A stretch of DNA of 64,000 bases, taken from assembly GCF_009914755.1 (NCBI RefSeq), contig NC_060945.1; one strand, given 5' to 3'. This stretch comes from the human T2T-CHM13v2.0 reference genome, Homo sapiens. The position numbers and the translations under genes were made by a program. Shown here in pieces: positions 35,341-47,195 of the stretch. The notes beneath the pieces were generated by a model. It searched no databases. It saw only the letters and a list, made by a program, of their open reading frames with translations, and was not told the DNA's origin. Each line of letters opens with the position of its first letter. Within the stretch, counting starts at the first letter, position 1.

Positions 35341-38270
35341 ACATCCCCCAAAAGGAGAGGGGTCGCTTTTATAATGTTTCCTTTTACACCTTGCTCCTTC
35401 CTTCAAGCCCTTTTATGCGGACAGTATTTTTATTCCAGCATGAAAAGTGAGATTTGAGATGATTTGGCAGCCAACTTACCGTGACTGTGACCAGGTGATT
35501 CCCTGGACAAGGCCCTTTAATTCATACCAAGAGGACCTTCGGAAACTTTGAGACCTGGTACCTCTAGGATTAAGCCTGCTGTGTCCTGTATACACGCTCA
35601 CTTATCGTATTGTCCTATACAGCTAGGTATCACTTGCCAAAAAGATACACTCATTCAGCCATTCCGCTAACCGTGTAATGATCCGGAATTACGGGGCAAA
35701 TACTGAGGGTGCTGGGAAAACAAATTGACGAGACATCCTTTTATCTTCCTAACAGGGAGAACTTAAAATTACAATGTTTACGATAATCTATAAAAAGAGA
35801 AGGGACATAGATAGAAAAGTGGTTCCGCGTGCGAACTCTGAGGTCAGCAGTGTGACTCTGAGCCTGTCAATGAATTCCTCAGTGCTTCAGTTTCCTTATA
35901 TGTCAAAAGAGAGTAGTAGTATCTGCAGTATAATGTGGCTATCGGAATATGTGGCCTAATGGTAAAATGGCTACAGCTGAGTCTAGCACTCGCTGTTTGC
36001 TACCGCTACTACTGCTAATGGTACTGCTGTTATTATTAGTAATAATACTAACATCAAGAGAAATCAATAGTTACTTTCTCCTATCAGAATAAGGGAAAGT
36101 TCCGAGGGAGGCAATTACAGAACTAAATTTTCAGGATTGAATGGGTCAAAGGGGTCCTTTATTTGGTTGTGAAAGGACTTACTTTTGTCTCGAAACTTAA
36201 CTAAAGCAACCCTCTTTTAATTGTAGATACAATTTGGTAGAGAGGGTTCTTTCCAGGAATACAGTTTCCTTTCCTGGACGTAAAACTTTTTTATTATTTG
36301 AAAAATATTATTGATTTTAAAACTTTTAGGTTCATCCTTTTAATTCATCTTTTTAAACTTGCCTCCTTTTTTATGAACTCTAATCCATATCTGTTTTTTC
36401 ATTCAGTATCATTTAAAACTTACTATATTAAGTTAAAAAAAACAACAACAAAAACCGAAAGAAATATAAAGTAAACTTAGAGTTATTTTTCTCCAGAAGA
36501 CTTCTTTCACTTTGAGCCTCCAAAAAAAGGAGAGTGGAAGACTGGGGTGGGATTGCATTATCCAATAACCATTATTTTTAGTCAATCAGGACTCGATCAA
36601 TATCAGTTGTGTGGATCCACAAGACTATATATTATCTTCTCATTCTTTATCAGTTCCTTCTTCCACCTAAGCAAAATATAAATTTTATTTAATAGATCAG
36701 GTAAGAAGCATAAGTTCTTATTTTTGTCTAGGTATTGAAAGGAATTGCCAAAGTGGAGTTTCTCTTCCACTTTAGACTTCAACACCCAGCAAAACTTGAC
36801 AACTATCACACTATGTATTTCATTGTGATTTAAAAAATACTGTAAGATAGTGTGATTGTTGCTAAAAGTAAGTCTTCATGTTGACTTTTATCTTTACAAA
36901 TGCTTTGAATATCTAAATTTATGTCAAAATTCAAATCACGTAAGCATGTTCTGTCCCATAGTGATTACATCTATTTAATATCTGTATAAAAATCACCAAT
37001 TTTATTGGTTTTTATATTACAGTATATTTATCCTTTTACTATTTTCTTTCAAATTTCTGATTATACTTGGAAATGAGAAAATCAGATTTATTATCATTAC
37101 ACTTTTAATACTAGAGTTGAGATTTAGAGAAAATATGGTGAATTCAGTTTCAAATATGTTGAGATTGAAGTACAAAAACATAGACATCTCCAGGAGGTGT
37201 CTCCATGAAAGAGACATGGTGGGAAAAGTAAATTTGTTGATGAGGTGGTCCTTGAAGCCAGAAGGGAAGGGAAGCTAGTCCCTGGGAGAGCACAGAGAAT
37301 GAAAGGAAAAGACTAAATCTTAACACACAGAATTATTTTAAAGATGATCATTAATATTTTTCTTTAGAGTAAAAGCAATTTTTTTATTTATGCAACTCTA
37401 CAGGGAAAAATAATCAGTTATTAAAGTCTGAACCATTCAGCATTAAATCAGTTGTTTGTGTTTGTAAGTGCCTCCTCCAATCATTATCATGGCTGTGATG
37501 TAATTTTTCGTTAGTTGTAATTAACAATTTTCTATGATATTTGGCTCTGTGTTTTTAAATCTTCATTGCATATTATAGGTTTTTCTATCAATATAATCTG
37601 AATATTTATAATTTATATTTTATTCCGTTTTAGTAACACACCATGGAATAATATCTCCAGTTGTTAGATTTAGAGCCTCTCTAATTTCTCACACTTATAA
37701 ACAATGCAATATACTTAAAAGTCTTGAACATATTTAAACATTTTTCCTTTGGAAATTTACCAGATGGAGTTTCCAAATCAAAATGCATGATAAATTTATT
37801 TATTCTTGAAAAGATATTTAATCTTCATGACAGAAAATTTAAACTATGATATAACATCGCCAGCTTTTTTGAGGATAACTCAACCAGCATTGAATTTCTC
37901 ATTTCAGTTATTTTTTGAATTCAACACTGTGAATGTGTATGGAGACAAAGTAGTATTTTAATCTTAGATTTATATGTTTTCTAAATTGGTTTGTTAAGCC
38001 TAACAGAAGGATAGTCTACCATTTCTTTTACAGTTTGAAACTAATACCTAGAATTTCCTGTTCTTAACACCATGTATGTTTCCCCAATGAGCCAGAAAAT
38101 ACAAAGAAAGTGTGAGGAAGTGTAATATTTATTATTAGAAAGATACATTATTAGCAGAGCTACATAAAGATATTGCTAACACATTTCTTTAGTCTAAAGT
38201 TGAATTTACTTATTTGAGTATAAAAAAAATCTTTGGATTTATGAGAAAATAATTTTTAAGTTTCTTATAG

Positions 38271-38433
38271 GCGGGGCCACTAACCAAAGTGACTATATGC
38301 AAAGACAGAGAAGGAAAGCCAAAGTCTTTTGGATTTGTCTGCTTTAAACACCCAGAATCGGTGTCTTATGCCATAGCTTTGCTGAATGGAATTCGTTTAT
38401 ATGGAAGACCAATTAACGTGCAGTATCGATTTG
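38271..38433 (+). CDS. RBM11: RBM11 exon 2 (RRM, RNP1)
   Basis: TTTCTTATAG acceptor, G|GTAGG donor, 163 nt. AGPLTKVTICKDREGKPKSFGFVCFKHPESVSYAIALLNGIRLYGRPINVQYRF; RNP1 motif KSFGFVCF. Confidence 0.96.
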
Positions 38434-39329
38434 GTAGGTCCTGTCACTGATTAATCTTCAAAGTGTTTTGTGGTTGGTACTATTCTCAGAGTTGTAAGCA
38501 ATTTGTTTCCTATGTAGTATAAGACCAAAACAAAAAAAAGTACCTTCTACCTTCTGGTCATTGTTAAATTTTCTCAGAACACGTGTCTAATTCATAATGT
38601 TATATAGTTAATTAGTCTTGACAAACCTATAGCATCTTTTCTAAAAATAAAATGTAAGATAATCGTTTTAGTATCAGCCAGCAAGTAGCTATGATGGTTG
38701 CTATTGGCCCTTATAAATTGAGCAAATCTGAATGAACTGGGGTCACACAACTGTAACATTTATATAGCAAGGGTATTTACTAATCTTGTTACTGCTGATG
38801 TATGGTACTGAATCTGTACTATTTGGAAGATAGAGAGAGGGCATTTAGTCCTTCTGGGGAAATCTTTCTATACATGTTGCACAGGATTTTAGCCCCTGTA
38901 AGAGCAAAGTGGTGAAAGGCAACGTAGAGTTACCCTTAGTAGTGGCGGAAAAAACTTCCTGACAAGAATGGCCTCAACAACTTCTCCTGCACGCATATCA
39001 GGAACAGATCATTCATGATTAGCTGCCAAGAGAATGTTATACCATTACTCTAGCTCTTTCATGTTTCAGGAGACTAATAGAGGCCATCTGGTAATTCTTG
39101 CAATATGTACGCAGCCTCCTCTAAGTGGTCAGGCTTATTGGTCTGTCACTTGTCGGTTTTTAAATTCCTCTTGCTATACTAAAAGCAAACAAATACTAAT
39201 AACAAAAACAATGCTTTATTGCAAAGCAAAAGTGCGTCTCTTTGCATTTCTTTTTTTCTTCCTTTCTTTTGTAATACATGGTTGCATCATGCTCTCTGGT
39301 ACTTTCTGGTTAACTTACACAACCTGGTA

Positions 39330-39375
39330 TTAGGTTAGTGCAAAAGTAATTGCGGTTTTGCCATTACTTTTAATG
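39330..39375. mobile_element. Half MADE1 (Hsmar1 mariner MITE)
   Basis: TA then TTAGGTTAGTGCAAAAGTAATTGCGGTTTTGCCATTACTTTTAATG: one terminal inverted repeat plus spacer; second arm missing. Confidence 0.85.
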
Positions 39376-39804
39376 TCTGTAGAATAGGCCAGGGTATATT
39401 ATGTTCTGGCACATCATGTATAAGATTGAATTGGCTTTTGTCCATGAGGGTTAAACTCCTGCCTTGTACACTGGAAACAAATAACACTTGTTTATTTGCC
39501 ATTTTTAGTTTACAGGTGTCTGGAACAAACCATCATGTATCTTACAAAGTCCAACGTCAATGTCATTCTTATTTACAGTCATTGATTTAGACAAAGGTTG
39601 ATTTTAATTCATTGATATATATATAGTACTGTAAACAATCTATAAATATGATTTGAGAGGTCAGATATGCATATATCTTCTCTGAGTACAGAATTTTAAA
39701 ATCACTACTACGTCCTAAAATATTTTGAGTCATTTTATGGTTTAATATTACAACTCAAAAAAAAATGTACCATGAAGTAACCTGTTACTCTGTTTCTTTC
39801 AAAG

Positions 39805-39877
39805 GGAGTTCTCGCTCTTCTGAACCAGCTAACCAAAGTTTTGAGAGCTGTGTTAAGATAAATTCACACAACTACAG
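39805..39877 (+). CDS. RBM11: RBM11 exon 3
   Basis: Pyrimidine tract + AAG acceptor, CAG|GTAAT donor. 73 nt, phase 1-2. (G)SSRSSEPANQSFESCVKINSHNY(R). Confidence 0.9.
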
Positions 39878-42089
39878 GTAATTTTAAAAATATTTCTCAT
39901 CAAAGGTAAAGCAAATATATTTTTATGCCAAGAGGAGTTTTTATATATTTTGGGCTATTGTAAAACCTTACTTTTTAGGCCTAGGATAAAATTAAGGAAT
40001 ATCTTTTTTTTCCGAGCCCATGAAAAGTGATAGAAAATATTTTCATTTAAAATTCAGTCTTAATATTTTCAGTAGTAGGGGGTAGAGACTTATATTTGTA
40101 GTTTTTTATAGTTTTCTACATGCTTTTCATAGCTGTTAAATCATTTAAGCATACAAGGTTTCATCATGGATCACAGGGATACTGTTATTTATATTTTATA
40201 TTTGAGTCAATGGAGTTGCAAAAGTTAACCAGTTCTTAAGGTCACAGGATGATAAAGTGCTAGCTTTGAAACTAAGCCTTCTGACATTAAGCCATTGAAT
40301 TAATTATTTTACTTTTTGAAATAACTTCTCTGTGTTAATTTTCAAACTCATCTAGAATTTTGTATAGCCTGATTTATTGATGCAATGGTAGCCTCCACAT
40401 ACACTCTCTGGCAGGCTATCCCAGAGGTCATGAAACTAAAAGGCTCCCACACCAAATGAAAATGTTCAAATTACAGCTTTTGTTACATCCATTTTAAAAA
40501 CAGTGAAAAGCAAGAAGAAAGATATTGGATAGCTTAGCACACTTAGGAAAAGCTGCAAGTAGGCAGAAGGACGAACTAGCTGAATTCTGGTTACACTAAT
40601 AAACACGTGCCCTGTTTCTCTCTGCTGTATCAGCCTCCCCTGCTGACTGCAGTACTTCTGCAGCCTCTCTAAGTGGTTCAGGCTTTTTGATGTATCACTT
40701 GTTGGTTTTTAAATTTCTCTTGCTATACTGAAAACAAATATGAATAACAAAAACAATCCGTTCTTGCAAAGGGAAAGTGCTTCTCTTTGCATTCTCTTTG
40801 CATTTCTTCTTTTTTTTAATGTTTGGCTTCATCATGCTCTCTGGTACTGTCCGGTTAACTTACACAGGCTGATAGAATAGGTCAGGGTATATTATGTTCT
40901 GATATATCATATAGATGTATGATATAGATAGAGATCTATATCTATATATAGAGGAGAGGAATAGATATACTCTATTCAGAGTAGACATATAGATCTATGT
41001 ATCTCTATATAGATATTTATATATATAGAGAGAAGTATAGCTCTACTAGCTACATTTCTAATGTTTATCATAGTAACAGTATGAGTGTCATCCATACTGC
41101 TTTTTTTCTTGTCTTCTTTAGCAGAGCTGAATATTCTCAAGTAAACTAACAATAGCTGACCCTCCTATCCCTTTTAGTTATATCAACCCTCTGAACATTG
41201 GAGAGTGGCCCCTCGGGACTGTCAAATAGCCAGGTTTATCTTTCAGAGCATTATTGCACCCCAGATAAAACAGTGTGCTCCTCATCTTCATTCACCCAAC
41301 ATTTCTACATCAGTGAAATGAGAAGTTAGGAAAGGAGGTGGTGAAATTAGATTGCCTGAATTTGCATGTTAGCTCTGCCACTTTATTAACGTCAATTAAC
41401 AGTTTATTAACAGTCAGTTAACACTATTAATAAAGTAGCAGAGGCAAGATGCAAATTCAGACAAGAACTGGATATGTTATTTTACCACTCTGTTCCCCAT
41501 CTCTAAAATGAGGATAAAACTTTGAAAGGTTACTGTGAGAATTGAATTTTATAATTAACACAAGGTGCTTAAAATACTGAGCATACAATGTTCCGCAAAT
41601 GTTAGCATAAAGGGGGGGAAGCACTATCTAGACTCATGTGTCGAGCCATGTGTATAATGTAAGAACTCCTTTTTTCTACTAGTACCAAGTGGGAAAAGGT
41701 ATCTCTTCTTCCTCAGGAGTTAGGAAGGAACAAGCTATTGGTAAGATTTAGACGGAAGAGAAAAGACTAGATGGGCACTAGAATATAGCAGTCAAACTCT
41801 GGTATTTTCTAGTTATGTTTGATACACTGACCCTAAGTCATCACAAATTCTAGAGTAGACAGCCTGAGTTATGTGTATATTTTGGATATGACATTTCATT
41901 GATAATACTTTATTCTTCTAGTATTTCTGATATTATAAAGAAAGCATATAAAATGGGTTATCATGTCCCCAAAGTGATTTGCAGAGAAAAATGGTGCTTA
42001 TTTAACAATCTAGTCTTTGCTCTCCCTTGGAAATGGATTTTTATGCTTCTTGTTGTTTCTTGTACCTTCTGCTTTTAATGAATATTCCC

Positions 42090-43005
42090 TGTGTTAGTTT
42101 GCTAGGGCTGCTATAACAAAGTACCGCAAACAGAGTACTTAAGCAATAGCTATTCATTGTCTCATAGTTCTGAAGGCTAGACATCCAAGATAAAGGTGTC
42201 AGCAGCATTGTTTCTTTATGAGAGCTATCAGAAATAATCTGTTTCATGCTTCTGGTGGTTTGATGTCAATCTTTGGTATTTTTCAGCCTGTAGAAGCATT
42301 ACCAAGATCTCCACCTTTATCTTCACATGGTGTTCTTCCTGTGGGTAACCATACTGTAGTTTGAATGTGTCCCTCAAAAGTTCATATGTTGAAATTTTGG
42401 TCCCCAGTGCAGCAGTGTTGAGATGTGGGACCTTTGGGAGGTGATTGGGTCATGAAGGCTATGCCCTCATGTATATTTTAATTCATTAATGGATTATTGG
42501 ATTAATTGGTTATTGAGGAAGTGGGTTTGTTATCACAAGTAGATCTGTTGTAAAAGCCAGTTTGGCCATCTCTCGTGAGCTCCTCCTGCCTGTGATGACT
42601 TCTGCCATGTTATAACATAGTAGAGCTCACCAGAAGCTAACCATAACCACCTTCACCAGAAGCCACCTCATCTTGGACTCTCCAGCCTGAAGAACCATGA
42701 GCCGAAATACATCTCTTTTCTTCATAACAAACAGAGTACCTGTTTGTTATATAATACCAGTTTGTTATAACAAACAGGTATTGTGTTATAACAACAGAAA
42801 ATGGACTAAAACAGTCTGTCTTCAAATTTCCCCTTTTTAATCAGGATACCACTCATATTGTATTAGGCACCCATCCTGTTCCAATATGACCTCATCTTAA
42901 CTAATGATATCTGCAGTGACCCTTTTTCCAAATAAGGTAACATTCTGAGATACTGGGATTTAGGACTTTAACAGCTGAATTTTGGGGAGACATGTCAGCC
43001 CATCA
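42090..43005 (-). mobile_element. MLT1-type MaLR LTR interrupted by a second LTR
   Basis: TGTGTTAGTTTGCTAGGGCTGCTATAACAAA start; ...CCAAATAAGGTAACATTCTGAG...GGACTT end. Confidence 0.75.
42352..42813 (+). mobile_element. Nested MST-type MaLR LTR
   Basis: GTTTGAATGTGTCCCTCAAAAGTTCATATGTTG...AAATGGACTAAAACA. Confidence 0.75.
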
Positions 43006-43145
43006 CACTTCTGAATTTACATGTGATTCCTCTATGCAGACAACTTTGCATCCCCTGAGGAAAGATAGTGGTTTTTCTTAAGAGAAAATGACATTTGTAA
43101 TAGGAATTTTAAGATTTTATTACTTCTTCTTTCATCTCCTCAAAG

Positions 43146-43245
43146 GAATGAAGAAATGGTGGTGGGCAGATCTTCCTTTCCCATGCAGTATTTTCCAATT
43201 AATAATACTTCTTTACCTCAAGAATATTTTCTCTTTCAGAAGATG
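43146..43245 (+). CDS. RBM11: RBM11 exon 4
   Basis: Pyrimidine tract + AAG acceptor, ATG|GTAAGT donor. 100 nt, phase 2-0. (R)NEEMVVGRSSFPMQYFPINNTSLPQEYFLFQKM. Confidence 0.92.
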
Positions 43246-43547
43246 GTAAGTTTAATATGCATTTTATTCAGTATATAATATGATACAAACTATGAAGAAC
43301 ATAAAGGCTATTTGTAACATATGGTGCCCAAATCTAAACTGGGATGAAGGCACAAGATGTCCCAGCACTGTCCTCCAGTGGTGTCCTGGCCTAACACCAT
43401 CATCCTAAATTTCAGTTCTAATGCCTTAGCAAATGGCCAGGGTGTCAACAGAAAAGGGATGGACGGCAGTGACGACATACTGCAGTCCAAGTGAAATTTG
43501 AGTAGAGAGTTCTAATGTAAATGACTATTTTAAAAGACGTTTGCAGT

Positions 43548-43831
43548 GGCCAGACATGGTGGTTCACACCTATAATCACAGCATTTTGGGAGGCCAGGGC
43601 AGGATCAATTGAGGTCAAGAGGTCGAGACCAGCCTGGCCAACACAGTGAAACCCTCTCCATCATAAAAATAGAAAAAATTAACCGGGCATGGTGGTGCAC
43701 ACCCGTAACCCCAGCTACTCGGGAGGCTGAGGCATGATTGCTTGAACCTAGAAGGTGGAGGTCGCAGTGAGCCAAGATTGTGCTCCAGCCTGGCCAATAG
43801 AGCAAGACTCTGTCTCAAAAGAAAAAAAAAA
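43548..43831 (+). mobile_element. Alu (diverged, small deletions)
   Basis: Dimer with TSD AAAGAYGTTTGCAG. Confidence 0.9.
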
Positions 43832-44589
43832 GATGTTTGCAGAATTGCATAATTTGAATAATTTCACTTAGTGAAGTATTTTTATATAATGTCATCAATC
43901 CCAAATAGATTGTTTTTGGACATGGATTTTTAAAGTAAATTTCTCCTTTTAATTAAAGACAAAACTATCCTTCTTGAGTATATACTTAGTCCTTCATGCA
44001 CACATCACAGGGGAAGGATATCATAGCAATGAAGATTCTCAATTGGTCGAGTAAACTAAATTATTTCCAGAGACTACCAAAAATTGGTTTTGACCCAGAA
44101 ATCTTAATTATGGACTTCATTGTTAAAGGTGAACTCATTTTTTTTTAATTCCTCATAAATAAGAAATTGAAGTCCAGGGTTGTTAATCTACAGTCCCAAG
44201 ATTTTCAGCTTGTTAGTGACAGGTGTAGGACTAACCCAGGTCTTCTGATTCACAGACTATTATTTTTGCAAATACCCAACGTATATGTGAGCTTTAGATT
44301 TGTTAAATATCCATTTTCAATTTTTAAACAGAAATTTTCCTGTAAATTGATACTTTTTAACTTTTGCTAAAAAAAAACCCTTTTCTTAACTATGGTAAAA
44401 CATTAGTAAACAATCAGTTCTCGTCTGAAACTATAAATGTCTTCATCGAAGCATTTTTTATCTTTTGGTAGAGATGGGGTAGGAGAGAGACACAAGTTCA
44501 TGGTATCTCTATTAATCTTTAATCTTTGAATAGTTAGAAATTTGAGTTAAGAGCTTGTTTGTTTTTAAAGGAAGCATCTCTCTAAACAG

Positions 44590-45375
44590 TAAATAACTAT
44601 GCTATAAAATATGGGGGCAATTTGCCATATATGCACCTAGGAAGCTGAGTTTTAAAATTTTATTTAATTTTAATTAATTTAAATTAAAATTTAAAACCGA
44701 TACTTGGTTCGGTTTTCAGAAAACTTTTAAGTATATTTGAAACAACTTGGCCATGTGAGTATATTTTTTTCAACTCTAAATTTGATGTAATCTAAATTCA
44801 GATCAGGTATTTTCAATAAAAATTTAGCATTCAGATTGAGATATGCCATGAGTATAAAATACACCTCATATTTTGAAGACTTCACTTGAAGAAAAAGTAA
44901 AATATCTCATTAATTTTATATCATTTACATATTAAAGTTATAACATTTTAAATGGATATATTGGGATAAATAAAATACATTGTTTAATTTCACTGTTTCT
45001 TTCTACTTTTGTATTGCAGTTACTAGATTTAAAACTACATGTGGGCTGGGTGCGGTGGCTCACACCTGTAATCCCAGAGCTTTAGGAGGCTGAGGCGGGT
45101 GGGTCACCTGAGGTCAGGAGATCGAGACCAGCCTGACCAATATGGTGAAACGCTGTCTCTACTAAAAATACAAAAATTAGCTGGGTGTGGTGGCGTGTGC
45201 CTGTAGTCCCAGCTTCTTGGGAGGCCGAGACAGGAGAATTGCTTGAACCCAGGAGGCGCAGGTTGCAGTGAGCCAAGATTTGCCCCACTGCACTCCAGCA
45301 TGGGCAACAAAGTGAGACCCTGTCTCAAAAAAAAAAAAAAACAAACAAAAACTATTTCCATTGGATAGCACTAAT
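44590..45375. mobile_element. Charlie1/MER33-like hAT remnant, interrupted by an Alu
   Basis: AATTTTAATTAATTTAAATT, GAGATATGC..AGTATAAAATACAC, AAAATATCTCATTAAT and terminal ATTGGATAGCACT motifs. Confidence 0.6.
45044..45350 (+). mobile_element. AluS-type element
   Basis: Full dimer with A tail. Confidence 0.93.
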
Positions 45376-45585
45376 CTATATTGTAGTGAGCTATACACAG
45401 CCTCAACTCTTTATATTGACCCTTTAATGAAACACCTACCTTTCTACTATGAGAGGTCACTGTCTTTCTTATACCAAAACACAGTTTAGTTTACTCATGG
45501 CTATTGTATAATACATGTAAACTGTTAACTTTTTTTCCTTAACCTTTTGGATTTGTTTTGGTAGATGAATGTCTTGTTTTCACAG

Positions 45586-45999
45586 CAGTGGCATGTGTAT
45601 AATCCAGTGCTGCAGCTTCCTTACTATGAAATGACAGCTCCACTTCCTAATAGTGCATCCGTGTCTTCCTCACTGAATCATGTTCCAGATCTTGAGGCTG
45701 GACCCAGCTCATATAAATGGACTCACCAACAACCAAGTGACTCTGACCTTTATCAGATGACAGCTCCACTTCCTAATAGTGCATCCGTGTCTTCCTCACT
45801 GAATCATGTTCCAGATCTTGAGGCTGGACCCAGCTCATATAAATGGACTCACCAACAACCAAGTGACTCTGACCTTTATCAGATGAATAAACGAAAGAGA
45901 CAAAAGCAAACAAGTGATAGTGATAGTAGCACAGACAACAACAGAGGCAACGAATGTAGCCAAAAGTTCCGAAAGTCTAAGAAGAAGAAAAGATACTAG
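45586..45999 (+). CDS. RBM11: RBM11 terminal coding exon 5
   Basis: TTTTCACAG acceptor; QWHVYNP...KFRKSKKKKRY*. Total CDS 281 aa; basic C-terminus resembles an NLS. Lies within the ORF 45565..45999. Confidence 0.94.
   Translation, partial: QWHVYNPVLQLPYYEMTAPLPNSASVSSSLNHVPDLEAGPSSYKWTHQQPSDSDLYQMTAPLPNSASVSSSLNHVPDLEAGPSSYKWTHQQPSDSDLYQMNKRKRQKQTSDSDSSTDNNRGNECSQKFRKSKKKKRY
45631..45882 (+). repeat. Perfect 2x126-bp in-frame tandem duplication in RBM11 exon 5
   Basis: 45631-45756 is identical to 45757-45882; encodes MTAPLPNSAS...DSDLYQ (42 aa) twice. Confidence 0.98.
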
Positions 46000-46072
46000 T
46001 ATTACCTACAAATGAAACTTACCTACACTGATCTTAGTTCTCTTATGAAAAAAATAAGATGTTATCCCATCA

Positions 46073-47061
46073 AATAAACAATGTCATGGCTATCTTGTCT
46101 TTTGAAATATGTAGTAATAAGACTTATCTCTGGTTTGCTGTTCAATTTTCACCTTGAACGACAAAAGCTTTCTAAAAATAGTATAATGTACCACTTTTTG
46201 TATTTGTCATGATATTTTTGACCCATTGGCAATAAATAGACTATTGTCATTTTATTAGTACCAATGATGAAATTTCACCAAACTATTAATCAAAAGTCAC
46301 TTATTGAACACATTGATAAAGCATCATGTTCCCTTTGATTATCCCCTGTAACCAACACTCAACTACAAATAGGCTGGGATTCAATGTGGAGTGGTGGATT
46401 TCCTGAAAGAAAGTAGTGCAGATATTTAAGGATTGCATATTGTTCCTAATGAGGATGTAATAAACAGGCATTAGTACCCCTTTCTTTTAGTACCTAAATA
46501 TGTTGTTTCTGAGCCATATTCTTCTTCAGGTTTATTTTATAAAGTGAGGACATATGATAATGATACCAAAGGAAAGATAATTATCATGAAACCAACTTTT
46601 GGATCATTCCCTTTTTATACAATTGTGTATTTATAGGGATACCTTCCTCTTCTCACATATTAATTGTATGTCATTAAAATCAGTTGGCTATGTCAGTGTG
46701 TATTATTCACCTCTTTTGCTAGCAAGGTTTGAGATGCTATATTAACATTTAAATCATGAAAATGAGCAAGTAAATAGAATAATATTTTATTAATGTATGA
46801 TGTGTAATACTTATTGTCTAAATCAAGTTTCCTATTTTTGGTTTATTTATTTTAGAAGAAAAATAAAATTATTTGGGCATTTTTGTTTATAGCTCATTAC
46901 AAACTAGAGTGATGAATATATATATTTACTAAAGCTAATTGAAAGAGTCATGCAACTCAGTTGGGAATTAACCACTCAATTCAATAGTAAAAGCCATGCT
47001 TGGATGTTTCTTTTGCATGTTGCCTAGCATTTTATAGATATTTATTATTTAAAAAAATAAA
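46073..47061 (+). terminator. Candidate RBM11 poly(A) signals in the 3'UTR
   Basis: AATAAA at 46073, 46231, 46862 and 47056, downstream of the stop codon. Which are used cannot be read from sequence. Confidence 0.55.
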
Positions 47062-47195
47062 GATATGTTTTTAATGAAGAGAGTAACTGAATTTTAATCT
47101 TGGTTACAAATATATAATATAGTGAAGTTTGAAACATAAATATTAGTTTATTTCTATCTAATCAAAATGAAAAACTAAATTTTGCTTTATGTAGC

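Noticed and set aside
40905-41045. TA/GA-rich stretch with many short palindromes
   Set aside because: Degenerate low-complexity microsatellite; such palindromes are expected by chance in (TA)n-rich DNA.
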